A DNA stretch of 38,825 nt from the UHGV virus genome UHGV-0212475; one strand, given 5' to 3'. Under the pieces are notes generated by a model, which searched no databases, was not told the DNA's origin, and was given only the letters and a program-made list of their open reading frames with translations. Position numbers and translations under genes: made by a program. Below, piece by piece: positions 25,616-35,651 of the stretch. The stretch comes from a virus. How positions within the stretch are numbered: position 1 is the first letter of the stretch; every line of letters begins with the position of its first letter.

Positions 25616-27700
25616 CTATAAATATCTTTCGTTTACTGAAACACTAACTTCTGGTGTTAATGCAAAGTCAGAAAACACTGGTTTTATTATTGTTTCACCT
25701 ATTGGTAATACAAATTTTTCCCAGTCATTACCTAATGTGTTTAGTACTCCGTTTGGTGTTCCATTAACGTAAAGTGTACGTGTTGCAGTATCAATCGTCA
25801 CCAAGTCACCGTTACGGAATACGTTCTTCACATCTTGTAAATATGGTGTATCACGCCACCGCATTTTAGCATCAGTGATTCCCATTGTAATTGGTTTTAT
25901 ATCTTTCCACTGCATAAACCATGTTCCAAAGCTCATAATTTGTTGTTTGTTTTCAACATTATGCACATACTTATATTCATCTTTAACACGTACATTATCA
26001 TTTTTACTATCAATTTCTAAAATAGAACATAGCCGCCAAGTGATTTTATCGTCCCAGCGCTCAAAATTTATTTCGCGCCAACCATATTGAAATTTCTTTT
26101 TGTCAATATTGTATGTTTTTAGTATCTTACCTTGATATATTAACTCCATATAGATATTATCATTGTTCTTTGCTGAATCTCTAAATACAACACCCATTAC
26201 ATACGCGCCTGTAGTATCTACTAAGTTAATTTCCATACGACCCATAGCTTCTAAAAGCTTGTCAAAATAAAAAGTAAAACGTATGTTAGCTGTGAAATTA
26301 TGTGTTCTATCGTTGTCAGATGGTGGTGTTATTGGTGCGGTCATCGCTGGACCATGCCAGTACTTGTCTGCACCATCACCAAAAGCTGGAACAACTGCGT
26401 CTGGGTCTTTTGTCATATCTAATGAACCATCAAAAGTATTAGGCGTGTCTAAGTTACCACCATAGTTTGGATAACTAGAAACAAAGTCTTGATTAAGTTT
26501 AAATTCTGGTGGTAGTGTATTACCCCAAAAAGTCCACCATTTTACAGTTTCTAAACGCGTTTTCTCAATATAATCTTGTTCTGATGGATAGCCAAACTGC
26601 AACACATTGCCTTTACCATCAACTAAACCACAGAAGCCATTGTCACTGTTCATGCTGAAATGGTATGTTGGGTATGACTTATATGTTCCATTATTTTGAA
26701 TTGTTATATTTTCGTTATATTGTGCTTCTGAAGGTACATATATACCTGTTTGCGTTGGGTTTAGGTACATGTATGGACGTGACCATGCAACACTAAATTC
26801 ACTTCCAAATGCGCAGTACTGAAAATTGATACCTTTTACATCTGGTGATTCTAATCTGACATCTAAAAAGAAATGGGTCCATTCTGTAGTACCTTTAGGT
26901 ATATCCTTAGTATATGTCTTTAGTTTTCTTAGTGGTGCATCGCCCCATTCCTGAATGACTATGCGACCCGCCAATTCTTGATTGTCATCATCAACATATG
27001 ACTTAAATGTGATTCCAGCAACAACCCTATCACCAACTTTTAAACTTGGGTTCATTCGTCTAGTGAAGTTATCTATTTGAAACCATGCTTGGTCTTTTGT
27101 ACTAAGTTTTTCGTAGTTAAAAGGTATTCCTGTTGTAAAATCAGCACCAACGACTGTACTGTTTAATCTTTTTTCTGGTAATACTTTAACCCAAGGTTTC
27201 AAATATTGGTCAATCTTTTTATACTCACTATCGTATATTAAATTAATATTACCGCTTTTAACATTTGTAAACCCTGCTGGGTATAGTGCATGTGCTAATC
27301 CGTCAGGTACATCAAATGTTAATGTTAACGGTGTATACTTAGTGTCTGTTGCGTCATACTCTTCTGTTCCTGTAAAGATAGCGCTAAAGTATCTATCTGG
27401 GAATAGGTCTAAAATTAACTCCTTTGGTTCGTCTGTGTTGATGATTTTAACTAGTTCATCTTTTGTTTCTGAAACACTCATACCACTATTGTCTGTGATA
27501 ATGAAACCATCTATACTAAGTGTATATTCACCTAATCTAGTATTTCTAAAATGTTTTCCGTCTGTATTACCAACGGTGAAAAAATCATTGTCTTTTGATA
27601 AAAACGGTATGTTCACTTTAGCAATTTGAAATAGGTGACTTGTTTCTTTACCGTCAAATGTAAAACTTCTTAAAAAATCATAATTTTCAGCCATTCTCAT
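25616..27700 (-). CDS. distal tail protein (Dit), long/evolved form
   Basis: 694 aa; N-terminal siphovirus tail-component pattern (F.FDGK.S..F.I.KVN.P...G..F..L..L.I.GFI); AAAGGAGA RBS. Confidence 0.75.
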   Translation of the reverse strand: MRMAENYDFLRSFTFDGKETSHLFQIAKVNIPFLSKDNDFFTVGNTDGKHFRNTRLGEYTLSIDGFIITDNSGMSVSETKDELVKIINTDEPKELILDLFPDRYFSAIFTGTEEYDATDTKYTPLTLTFDVPDGLAHALYPAGFTNVKSGNINLIYDSEYKKIDQYLKPWVKVLPEKRLNSTVVGADFTTGIPFNYEKLSTKDQAWFQIDNFTRRMNPSLKVGDRVVAGITFKSYVDDDNQELAGRIVIQEWGDAPLRKLKTYTKDIPKGTTEWTHFFLDVRLESPDVKGINFQYCAFGSEFSVAWSRPYMYLNPTQTGIYVPSEAQYNENITIQNNGTYKSYPTYHFSMNSDNGFCGLVDGKGNVLQFGYPSEQDYIEKTRLETVKWWTFWGNTLPPEFKLNQDFVSSYPNYGGNLDTPNTFDGSLDMTKDPDAVVPAFGDGADKYWHGPAMTAPITPPSDNDRTHNFTANIRFTFYFDKLLEAMGRMEINLVDTTGAYVMGVVFRDSAKNNDNIYMELIYQGKILKTYNIDKKKFQYGWREINFERWDDKITWRLCSILEIDSKNDNVRVKDEYKYVHNVENKQQIMSFGTWFMQWKDIKPITMGITDAKMRWRDTPYLQDVKNVFRNGDLVTIDTATRTLYVNGTPNGVLNTLGNDWEKFVLPIGETIIKPVFSDFALTPEVSVSVNERYL

Positions 27701-27736
27701 TCTCCTTTATAATTTACTATACTAGTATTATAACAC

Positions 27737-27766
27737 AAAAGGCAACCCTTGTAAAGGGGTTGCCTT
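27737..27766. terminator. hairpin AAAAGGCAACCC-ttgtaaa-GGGGTTGCCTTT between tmp and dit
   Basis: 12-bp stem; U-rich on both sides; followed on the minus strand by TGtTATAAT. Confidence 0.6.
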
Positions 27767-27773
27767 TATGTTT

Positions 27774-30700
27774 TTAAACAATACCTAAGTCACGTGAACG
27801 ATTACGTTCTGCGGTCTTATTTAGGTTGTTAAGTTCCTTGTTAAGCTTCTTACCGTCCAATAACACATCTGTATTTTTGGCTAAGATAGCTTGCAACAAT
27901 TCATTCTGTTGTTGCATTAAAGCAATGACTGTTCCTAAGTCTGTTGATGTTCCTTGCTTAGGTGTGTTGCGTTCTTCCTTCACTCCTAACGCTTGTTTAG
28001 CTTGGTTAAGCAATGCCATTGCTCTTCCTCGTTTAGCTGGTTCAGTTGGAATGATAAATTCTGGATAACCATTTTCAGCAAGTTTTGCAATTTGTGGACC
28101 TTTTGCAATACCACCATTATAATAACCTCTAATGCGTCCACCAGATGGACCCCAACCAGATTTTCCATAAGGTAAGTCTTGACGCCAGTTAGTGTTGTTA
28201 AAGAATGCTAGTAATTGGTCATAACCTGAATAAATATTGCCATGTCCTTTTACCTTGTACGCGTCAAACGTTTGTGGGATATATTGAAGCAAGCCGCGTG
28301 CTGGGTTTCCGCTTGCGGTGTTGACGTCCCATACTGCTGAACTTTGAACAATCTTTTCATTACCACCTGATTCACGTTGAATCTGTGCTAAGATACCATT
28401 GATTTCACTTTCACTAGCATTTGCACCCATTTCTTTGGAAGCTTTGATGACCAATGCGCGCCAGTTGCCATCTACAGGACCGCTAACACGTTCTTCCTCT
28501 TCTTTCTTTTTGAATAATGCTTTCACTTTTTCGGCAAATGCAGTTGTAGCTTTTGTTCCTAAACCTTTTGCCATGTCTAATGCTACGTGTGTTAGACCTC
28601 CTAAGTCCATTGCACCCATAATTGCATTTCGTGCTAAGTCTAATGGATTGCCTACCCAGTCCATAATATCGCCAATGGTTTGTTTTACCTTGTTGATACC
28701 ATTACCCACAAATGACTTGGTATTGTCCCACATGTTGCGAACTCCGTCCATGAAACCAGTTCCTTTTTTATAGAATGGAATGCGTCCTTTTTGACCTAAT
28801 ACCATTGATGTTTCTTTGGCATTTAGTACTTGTGTGCCAGCTGGTGCATTCATCATAACGTTTCTACCTTTTGGAATCATTGCTTGACCGTTTGGTGCTA
28901 TTACCATTTCAGCTCCACCACCGTCATTTACTACCATAGGTCCGCCTATGTGACCATCAGTACCGCTTGCATATTGTGGTACGTCCCATTTAGGAATTTG
29001 AGGTGCGCCAAACTTTTCTAACACCCAGTTAGCACCACCAATGATACCATTTACTGGACCACCAATTGCGCTCAATACCTTATTGAAAATACCTTTAAAT
29101 GCACCAGTAACATGCTTAGCACCACCACTAATTGCACCGCCTAAACGTTCTGGCAAACCAGTAAACCAGCGTACAATAGTGTCAATACCACCACTGAATG
29201 TGTTTTTGATTCCCTTCCAAAGGGATGATATAGTTCCTGAAACATTACTTCTAAGCTCACGTGCAATGCGTGTTACATTACTAAACCAACCAGAAACAGC
29301 ACCATTTACATTTGATATACCACCTTTAAAGAAGTTTTTGACAGCGTCCCACATGCCAGAAATTGCACCTTTAAATGTTCCGCCAAAACCTTTTACACCT
29401 TTTAGAATTTTACCAAAGAATGAAATATTAATCCAGTTCCAAATAACTTGGATAGCACCCCAAACTAATTGTTTGATACCGTCCCAAATTAATTTCCAAT
29501 CACCGTTGAAAATACCTTTAAAGATTTTTGTTGCCCCTTCAATTACATTAAAGAAACCTTCAATCAAACCAACTACTGAATCAACAAAACTCATTACAAT
29601 ATCAATTGCAATTTTAAAAATTGGTGTTAATAATTCTAACCATTTTTTAATTGCATTCATTATTGCTTGTCCGTTCTCGTTCCACCACTTAGTCACCTTA
29701 TCAAAAACAGCACCCAACCTATCCCCAAGTTCTTGAAGCTTAGGCATGATGTAAGGTATTAAGTCATCTGCAATATACTTAATCACAACACCCATAATGT
29801 CGCCCGCAACCTTGAAAGATGTACCAAGATATTGCGTTAACTTTTCAAGAATTGGCTGTGCAAACTCCCACATTTTTTCCAATGCTGGTTGGACCATTGG
29901 TAGAATTTTCTTGGTAAAGTTTGTGATACCGTCTGCCATTCCACCAAACATTGGGTTCAATGAGATACCAATTTCATTTCCTAATGCTTTTAATGCTGAT
30001 TTAAAGGCGTCCATTCCAGTTGTGTTGCTCATTGCGTTGTTCATTGCGTCTTGTGCGCCTTCTACGTTATCATATGCCATTGATGTATTGTTTAATGACT
30101 TGATAACAGCCAATGAATTATCTTCACCTAATGCGGACCAGATTGTCCCAGCTTTGTTCAGTGCGTCATATTGGTTTTCCATACCTCCAAAGTCGCTAAT
30201 CATTGAACGAATGACGTCCGCTTGTGTTGCTCCGCCTTGTTGCCATTGTCTAAACAATTCTTGTGTTTGACCGCTGAACATACCTATGTTGTCCTCGAAA
30301 CGACCATCTGTTAAAGAAATAGCCATTTCTTTAATTAAGTCATTGACTTTGTCTAAGTTGTATGCTCCATTATCTAAACCGCTTTGTAACATGTCAAATG
30401 TCTGTTCTGCTGTGAAACCAGCTTGACCAAAAATCTGTGAATACTCCGCCATGTTATCGCCTAGTTCGTCTGTTTGGTCAAGTCCTAACTGTGCGCCACG
30501 TGCCATCAAGTCCCAAGCGTGGTCTGCGTCAATACCAAAGTTAGTCATCATTTTACCAATACCACGAATAGTCTCGTTTACGTCTGCCCCTGTATTTTTA
30601 GAAAATGCAATTGCATTACGTGTCATGCGTTGTAGCATATCATCGTCCATGCCGTTGGCACCCATTACATTTTGTACACGTATCATTGCGTCTGCCACTT

Positions 30701-31661
30701 CGTTGATGTCGTCTGAATAACCTTCAGCAACTAATTGGTTAGCTAATCTTGAAACAGCTTGGGCGCTCTCTGCGTCCCAGTCAAAGGCTCCTTTGAATTT
30801 ATCAACCGCTTCAATACCAGCATTAATATTTTCAACAACTTCTGAAACAGCGTCACTAATCATATCAATTGCTTTAGTAGCTACCGCCATACCAACACCA
30901 GCAACCAAACCTTGTAGCCCTTTACTTGCTAGTCCTAAACCTTCACTAGTTTCACCGCTTGACTTACCTAATTCTTGCATTCCTTTAGATACTGAATCTA
31001 GTTCACCATCTGTATTATCAAGTGACTTTTTAAACTCTTGTAATTCTTTTTCAGCCTTGCTAACTTCTGTTGAATTTTTACCAAACTTTTGCGTTAACTG
31101 TTGGATTGCGTTTTCTTGACCAGCAATAGCTTGTTTAGTTAGGTCTGATTGACGTTTTAAACCAGCTTGTTTTGTTTCCAAAGCACCCATTTTGTCGCCT
31201 GCTTTATCCATTGCATTGGCTTGTGTTTGGAAGTCTTTTGCGTTATCTTTAATTTCTTGACCTAGCTTATCTAAACCATTCTCAAACTTGATAACGTCAG
31301 CTGTTGTTTTTTGCAAATCTTTTTGCATTCCGTTATATTTAGCACTAGCATTGTTTAATTGGGTTGTTAGTGTTTTAACTTGGTTTGATTCTTCGCCATA
31401 TTTTGCAATAGCGTCTTGACGTTTCTTACTTAGTAATTCAACTTTCTTACCTTGTAAGTCCGTAGCTGTTGCCAAGTCTTTTTCTTTTTGTTGCAATTTC
31501 TCAATACTTTGTCCTGATTTATCAAACACTGATAAATTGGCTTTCATTGCTGATTCTTGCTGTTTAATTGACTTGTTTAATTTGTCTAATGTATTAATGG
31601 TCTGGTCTACGCCATCAACACCAATACCAAACTTCATATTGCCAATAACTTTGTCTGCCAT
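27774..31661 (-). CDS. tail tape measure protein with a C-terminal lytic transglycosylase (SLT) domain
   Basis: 1295 aa; long coiled-coil N-terminus; Gly/Phe-rich K..F.G repeats; ILAQIQRESGGN...GLLQYIPQTF SLT signature; AAGGAGAG RBS. Confidence 0.9.
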   Translation of the reverse strand: MADKVIGNMKFGIGVDGVDQTINTLDKLNKSIKQQESAMKANLSVFDKSGQSIEKLQQKEKDLATATDLQGKKVELLSKKRQDAIAKYGEESNQVKTLTTQLNNASAKYNGMQKDLQKTTADVIKFENGLDKLGQEIKDNAKDFQTQANAMDKAGDKMGALETKQAGLKRQSDLTKQAIAGQENAIQQLTQKFGKNSTEVSKAEKELQEFKKSLDNTDGELDSVSKGMQELGKSSGETSEGLGLASKGLQGLVAGVGMAVATKAIDMISDAVSEVVENINAGIEAVDKFKGAFDWDAESAQAVSRLANQLVAEGYSDDINEVADAMIRVQNVMGANGMDDDMLQRMTRNAIAFSKNTGADVNETIRGIGKMMTNFGIDADHAWDLMARGAQLGLDQTDELGDNMAEYSQIFGQAGFTAEQTFDMLQSGLDNGAYNLDKVNDLIKEMAISLTDGRFEDNIGMFSGQTQELFRQWQQGGATQADVIRSMISDFGGMENQYDALNKAGTIWSALGEDNSLAVIKSLNNTSMAYDNVEGAQDAMNNAMSNTTGMDAFKSALKALGNEIGISLNPMFGGMADGITNFTKKILPMVQPALEKMWEFAQPILEKLTQYLGTSFKVAGDIMGVVIKYIADDLIPYIMPKLQELGDRLGAVFDKVTKWWNENGQAIMNAIKKWLELLTPIFKIAIDIVMSFVDSVVGLIEGFFNVIEGATKIFKGIFNGDWKLIWDGIKQLVWGAIQVIWNWINISFFGKILKGVKGFGGTFKGAISGMWDAVKNFFKGGISNVNGAVSGWFSNVTRIARELRSNVSGTISSLWKGIKNTFSGGIDTIVRWFTGLPERLGGAISGGAKHVTGAFKGIFNKVLSAIGGPVNGIIGGANWVLEKFGAPQIPKWDVPQYASGTDGHIGGPMVVNDGGGAEMVIAPNGQAMIPKGRNVMMNAPAGTQVLNAKETSMVLGQKGRIPFYKKGTGFMDGVRNMWDNTKSFVGNGINKVKQTIGDIMDWVGNPLDLARNAIMGAMDLGGLTHVALDMAKGLGTKATTAFAEKVKALFKKKEEEERVSGPVDGNWRALVIKASKEMGANASESEINGILAQIQRESGGNEKIVQSSAVWDVNTASGNPARGLLQYIPQTFDAYKVKGHGNIYSGYDQLLAFFNNTNWRQDLPYGKSGWGPSGGRIRGYYNGGIAKGPQIAKLAENGYPEFIIPTEPAKRGRAMALLNQAKQALGVKEERNTPKQGTSTDLGTVIALMQQQNELLQAILAKNTDVLLDGKKLNKELNNLNKTAERNRSRDLGIV

Positions 31662-31867
31662 TATTCAATCTCTCCTTTTGCTTTTGCTAGGTCTGTTGGT
31701 GATAGGACAGTGCCAAAAAATGCTAATGGGTCTTGTTTATCTTCTTTTTTCTCTTTAGTATTATCACTGAATAATTCCAATAAAAGAAGGTAGTCAGCTT
31801 CGCTAACATCATTAACGGTCCAACCACCTTCCATGTATGAATTATATAATTTGTTTAGTGATTCCAA
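31661..31867 (-). CDS. tail assembly chaperone T segment (in the -1 frame relative to G; probably expressed as a G-T fusion)
   Basis: in-frame TTG only, no RBS; the frame opens 4 codons before the G stop; TAATG coupling to tmp. Confidence 0.4.
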   Translation of the reverse strand: MESLNKLYNSYMEGGWTVNDVSEADYLLLLELFSDNTKEKKEDKQDPLAFFGTVLSPTDLAKAKGEIE

Positions 31868-31899
31868 AGATTCGTCCCAGTTAACTTCTACACCGTCCT

Positions 31900-32232
31900 C
31901 TAGGCTTCCTTTGAATCATCAACCCCCATGATAGTTCCTAAAATGTTTTCTAAAACGTCTACTAAGTCATCAGATTCAATTGAATTTTCAATTGCTTCAA
32001 ATGTAACTTCTGGGTGTTCAAAGATTTCAACTAATAATACAATCATTGAATCTAATAATTCTAATTGGTCAACTTCTACACCATTAGCCATGTCTTTTTG
32101 TACGTTTTCCATATCACGGTAATACTTCATAATACTACGCATTGTCTTAACTTTGACGCCTTTTTTTGTAATTTTGCGGTTTTTTCCGTCAATAATTAAG
32201 TTAATACTGAATGATTTTGTTTGTTTTGCCAT
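31900..32232 (-). CDS. tail assembly chaperone (gpG-like), acidic
   Basis: 110 aa; GGAGGAAT RBS; positioned directly upstream of tmp. Confidence 0.55.
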   Translation of the reverse strand: MAKQTKSFSINLIIDGKNRKITKKGVKVKTMRSIMKYYRDMENVQKDMANGVEVDQLELLDSMIVLLVEIFEHPEVTFEAIENSIESDDLVDVLENILGTIMGVDDSKEA

Positions 32233-32267
32233 GTTTATTCCTCCAAATAATTTTATTTACTATAGTT

Positions 32268-32302
32268 ATTATAGCATTAAAAACAGTGATTGTGGGTGTT
32301 GG
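32268..32302 (-). promoter_or_regulatory. late promoter L1: CCAACACCCACAA-N13-TGcTATAAT (minus strand)
   Basis: motif = revcomp of 32290-32302; -10 = revcomp of 32268-32276. Confidence 0.6.
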
Positions 32303-32313
32303 TGAAACCAGTT

Positions 32314-32342
32314 AAATAAAAAAGAGAGCCGTTAAGCTCTCT
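32314..32342 (-). terminator. intrinsic terminator 3' of the capsid gene (AGAGAGC-cgttaa-GCTCTCT + U-tract on the minus strand)
   Basis: stem 7 bp; A-run 32314-32322 on the plus strand = U-run on the minus transcript. Confidence 0.65.
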
Positions 32343-32405
32343 TAAGTCAATTCAATTGTTACACTTGTGTCTGCTGGCGTCACCTGTCCGACCACAGGTG
32401 GGGTG

Positions 32406-33623
32406 CTAGGGTGTAGTAATGTTGTTTATGAATTTTCCAGCCGCTGGGTCTACTACTTTAGCATCAAAACGCATGAAGATTGCTAAGTATTGACCATAAA
32501 TTTCATGGTCAATCCAACGTGCAGTAGTTTCGGCACGATTGAAGAATGTTGCAAATGCCACTGGGTCACCTAAGAATGCTACTTTAGCACCTTTTTCACC
32601 TAACATTTCATCTTTCAACACTGTTACTGGAACACCAAACAATGATTTTCCAGACTGTGCTGTAATATCAGTTTGTAATAAGTAGCGTCCTTCACCGTCT
32701 TTCATGATGTCAACTGCGTTGTAGAATGATTGAGTAACAATCAATTCCAATCCGTAAGCTGGGTCGAAACCAGTGTTAATCTGTGTTTTGATGTCATCTA
32801 ATGATGTAGCGGCTACTGCTGAAGCTGTTTTTAACAAGTTAGCTAAAACAAAGTTAGTTGTGTTTAAACCTTGGCGTTGTACTGAATCAGCAATAATTCC
32901 AGCTAAGTCGTCCGCTGAATCATCTAATGATTCTTGTGATACAACAATTTGACCACGATAAGTTGATACATTGTAAGGAACTTCTTCAAATTCAGGTTTT
33001 GCCAATGCTGGGTTTTTTGCCAACTCTTCAACTGTTACCATTTTTGCAGTAGTTGATTTCAAGATTGGGTATTTACCGCCAGATGTTTTAACTTTGATAC
33101 TGTTCACTTTATTACGTAAGTCAACAACTGTGTCTGGTAATTTACGTGCTTTAGTGATAATATCTTCTGGGATAATTGCTTCTGCGTCTGTTGATTTAAC
33201 TTGTCCGTCATCAACCGCACGTGTTTCATTAAATGATTTTACGCTAGTTGATTTTGAAGTTACGTAGTCTAAAAACGCACGTTGTTCTGTTACTGGCTCT
33301 GCTAACTCTTTACCATTGATTTTTACTTTCTCCATGTCAATATCTTCTCCTTTTGCGTTCTCAATTGAACGTTCTTCTTTTTTTGGTTCTTCCTTTGGTT
33401 CGTCTTTGACTTCGTCTTTAGGTTCGTCCTTTGGTTCTTCTTTAGGCTCTTCCTTTTTGACTTCGTCTTTAGGTGCTTCTGCTTTATCTTCTGCACGTTC
33501 TTCGTTTTCAGCTGGTGTTTCATCTTTCAAAGCTTCTAACTGTTCAATAACTTTTTTAGCTTCGTCAAGTTTACCTTCTGCCAACAAAGATTTTGCTTGC
33601 GCTTCTAACTCTGCCTTGTTCAT
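32406..33623 (-). CDS. major capsid protein, HK97 fold, with acidic Lys/Glu/Pro-rich N-terminal delta/scaffold region
   Basis: 405 aa; the central and C-terminal region (about residues 150-405) shows an HK97-family capsid pattern by eye; AAAGGAG RBS; follows the prohead protease. Confidence 0.75.
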   Translation of the reverse strand: MNKAELEAQAKSLLAEGKLDEAKKVIEQLEALKDETPAENEERAEDKAEAPKDEVKKEEPKEEPKDEPKDEVKDEPKEEPKKEERSIENAKGEDIDMEKVKINGKELAEPVTEQRAFLDYVTSKSTSVKSFNETRAVDDGQVKSTDAEAIIPEDIITKARKLPDTVVDLRNKVNSIKVKTSGGKYPILKSTTAKMVTVEELAKNPALAKPEFEEVPYNVSTYRGQIVVSQESLDDSADDLAGIIADSVQRQGLNTTNFVLANLLKTASAVAATSLDDIKTQINTGFDPAYGLELIVTQSFYNAVDIMKDGEGRYLLQTDITAQSGKSLFGVPVTVLKDEMLGEKGAKVAFLGDPVAFATFFNRAETTARWIDHEIYGQYLAIFMRFDAKVVDPAAGKFINNITTP

Positions 33624-33662
33624 GCTGTAAACTCCTTTACATATTATTTTCTTACTAAAGAT

Positions 33663-33697
33663 AGTATATCATGAACAAGGTAAGTTGTGGGTGTTAC
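33663..33697 (-). promoter_or_regulatory. late promoter L2: GTAACACCCACAA-N13-TGaTATACT
   Basis: motif = revcomp of 33685-33697; -10 = revcomp of 33663-33671. Confidence 0.6.
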
Positions 33698-33699
33698 TC

Positions 33700-34254
33700 T
33701 TACAAGGTCGCTAGTCGTAACTGTAATTCTAGTTTTCGTTTTTCCATTTCGTTAACTTCCATGTTTTCAAGTGAGCGTTTAGCCACTGCAACATCTGTGT
33801 CATCATATGCTGGAATTGAAACCAGTGAGATTTCAGCTAGTGTATTGATTTTTTTGATAGTTCTAACTGGTTGACCATCTCTCCGTTCCCATTCATCTTC
33901 TGCAACCGTAAACCCAAACGAACACTGACTAAGGTCACCACGTTTTACAAGTTCCATCACATCATTTCCAAGTGTTGTGTTTGGTAACTCACAACGGAAT
34001 TTCAACCCCACTTCATCAACTGATAATTGAAGTGTACCGCTCTTTGTTCTTCCAAGTAAGTTGCCTGAATCATGATTTAAGAATAATTTTACATCGTCCA
34101 TATTAACGCCGTCCAATGCTCTTGCGTCAATAGTTTCAATAAAACCACCTAAGTCTTTCGATGGTTTATTGAATTTTAATGCGTAACCTTCAACAACATT
34201 GTTGTCATTCACGAACTCATGTAGTTGTCTAATTTCCAGTTCCGTCTGTTTCAT
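33700..34254 (-). CDS. prohead protease (HK97/U35-S78 family)
   Basis: 184 aa from the ATG at 34254 (AGAGGAAG RBS); overlaps the portal 3' end by 26 nt. Confidence 0.8.
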   Translation of the reverse strand: MKQTELEIRQLHEFVNDNNVVEGYALKFNKPSKDLGGFIETIDARALDGVNMDDVKLFLNHDSGNLLGRTKSGTLQLSVDEVGLKFRCELPNTTLGNDVMELVKRGDLSQCSFGFTVAEDEWERRDGQPVRTIKKINTLAEISLVSIPAYDDTDVAVAKRSLENMEVNEMEKRKLELQLRLATL

Positions 34255-35407
34255 TCTTGTACACTTCCTCTTCTTTATTCTCTGTTTTAACTGTTGTTTC
34301 ACCATCTTCTAAAGGTTCATACCCATAATATGCACGAACTTCATTTTCTTTGATAGTTGATAATAACTCTTTACTTGCTTTTCCACTAAACAATTGTTTG
34401 CGTCTGTCATCTAATGTATCATTCATTAGACTTGAAAAGTCCATTTCCAAAACATTACCTGTTTTAATTGCTATTTCGTCACAGATTGCAGATTCATATT
34501 GACTAATTGTTGATGCAATATAGATGTCATTTTGTCCGCTATCAGTTGAGTTGACTAATTCCATACCAAAACGGTTTAATGGAATACCTAAAACTTTTGC
34601 AATTTGTTGCGTACTGAATTTGTTTGATTGAATCAATTTCAAAATATCAGTATTCATTTTGTACTCCGTGAAGTCTGTTGCTTCATCTAAAACGATAACA
34701 CCATTACTGTTTGTGCTTCCACCGTTAGCTCTTTCAAAATCTTCACGAATTTTCTTTTTGGTTGCGTTGTCTACATAACCTTTTTTGAGTTTTAAGATTC
34801 CGCCGCCGAAAACACCATTAGCAAAGAACTTGGATAAAATCTTATTACCGTTTGTTTGCATTCCTATTTCATCACGTAAAGATAGTAAAGGACTGCGACC
34901 AATGAAACCGTCAACTACTGAAATTCTAAAATGTAAGATGTCACGTGGTTCACATCGTAACATGTGGTTTCCATAGTCTAACGTTACATCATAGCGCCAT
35001 TCACCTGTTGTCATATCTTGAATGAGGTTCACTTGGTCTGCTGTTACAAACTCTAATGACTTAATTTGTGAGTTATAATCATTCTCTTTTTCTCTATGAA
35101 TGATTGCATATGAATTACCATAAAGAATCAGCTGTGCAACTGTTGCATACATGAATGTATAATGACTTTGTTTCTCATGTGGTCGCTTGTTAATTAGTTG
35201 TAAAAAATCTTTGTCTGCGTGTTCGTCTGGAACTTTTCTGAATAGTGATTTACCAATGTCACCACCAATGATATTAACACCTGTGAACACGTCTGAATTT
35301 TGTAATGCTCGTTCACCTGTCAAATATCCTAAGTTATCCATTCCGCTTTCAATATAATCAATAAAATTCTTCTCTGCTTTAGTCTGTGGTGCAATAAATA
35401 CGCCCAT
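34229..35407 (-). CDS. portal protein (HK97-family)
   Basis: 392 aa; position between terL and the protease; portal-like sequence. Confidence 0.85.
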   Translation of the reverse strand: MGVFIAPQTKAEKNFIDYIESGMDNLGYLTGERALQNSDVFTGVNIIGGDIGKSLFRKVPDEHADKDFLQLINKRPHEKQSHYTFMYATVAQLILYGNSYAIIHREKENDYNSQIKSLEFVTADQVNLIQDMTTGEWRYDVTLDYGNHMLRCEPRDILHFRISVVDGFIGRSPLLSLRDEIGMQTNGNKILSKFFANGVFGGGILKLKKGYVDNATKKKIREDFERANGGSTNSNGVIVLDEATDFTEYKMNTDILKLIQSNKFSTQQIAKVLGIPLNRFGMELVNSTDSGQNDIYIASTISQYESAICDEIAIKTGNVLEMDFSSLMNDTLDDRRKQLFSGKASKELLSTIKENEVRAYYGYEPLEDGETTVKTENKEEEVYKNETDGTGN

Positions 35408-35411
35408 TTAA

Positions 35412-35576
35412 CTATTCACCTTCTTTCAATTCTAGGTATAATACTACTGCTGGTACTAATAATGATAGTCCTAATGCTACTAAACCAGCTACAATACTAA
35501 CAAAAAACATGCTTGTTACAAGCGCTAATACGCCTAAAACGTAAAATAGCACTACATAAATTACTGGATTTTTCAT
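35412..35576 (-). CDS. small membrane protein (54 aa, 2 TM)
   Basis: ATG at 35576 with TAGGAGGG RBS (the longer ORF runs to 35615). Confidence 0.45.
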   Translation of the reverse strand: MKNPVIYVVLFYVLGVLALVTSMFFVSIVAGLVALGLSLLVPAVVLYLELKEGE

Positions 35577-35651
35577 ATTAAACCCTCCTATACACCTTAT
35601 TTTAACACAAAACATATAAAAAAAGAGTGGTGTTTAACCACTCTTTATAGT

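Noticed and set aside
28399-31119. Multiple long plus-strand ORFs (28399..28773, 29041..29736, 29797..30270, 30451..30720, 30793..31119) antisense to the tape measure gene
   Set aside because: They lie entirely inside the 1295-aa TMP coding region on the opposite strand, have no RBS, and have Pro/Ser-rich low-complexity products typical of shadow ORFs in a biased-composition gene.
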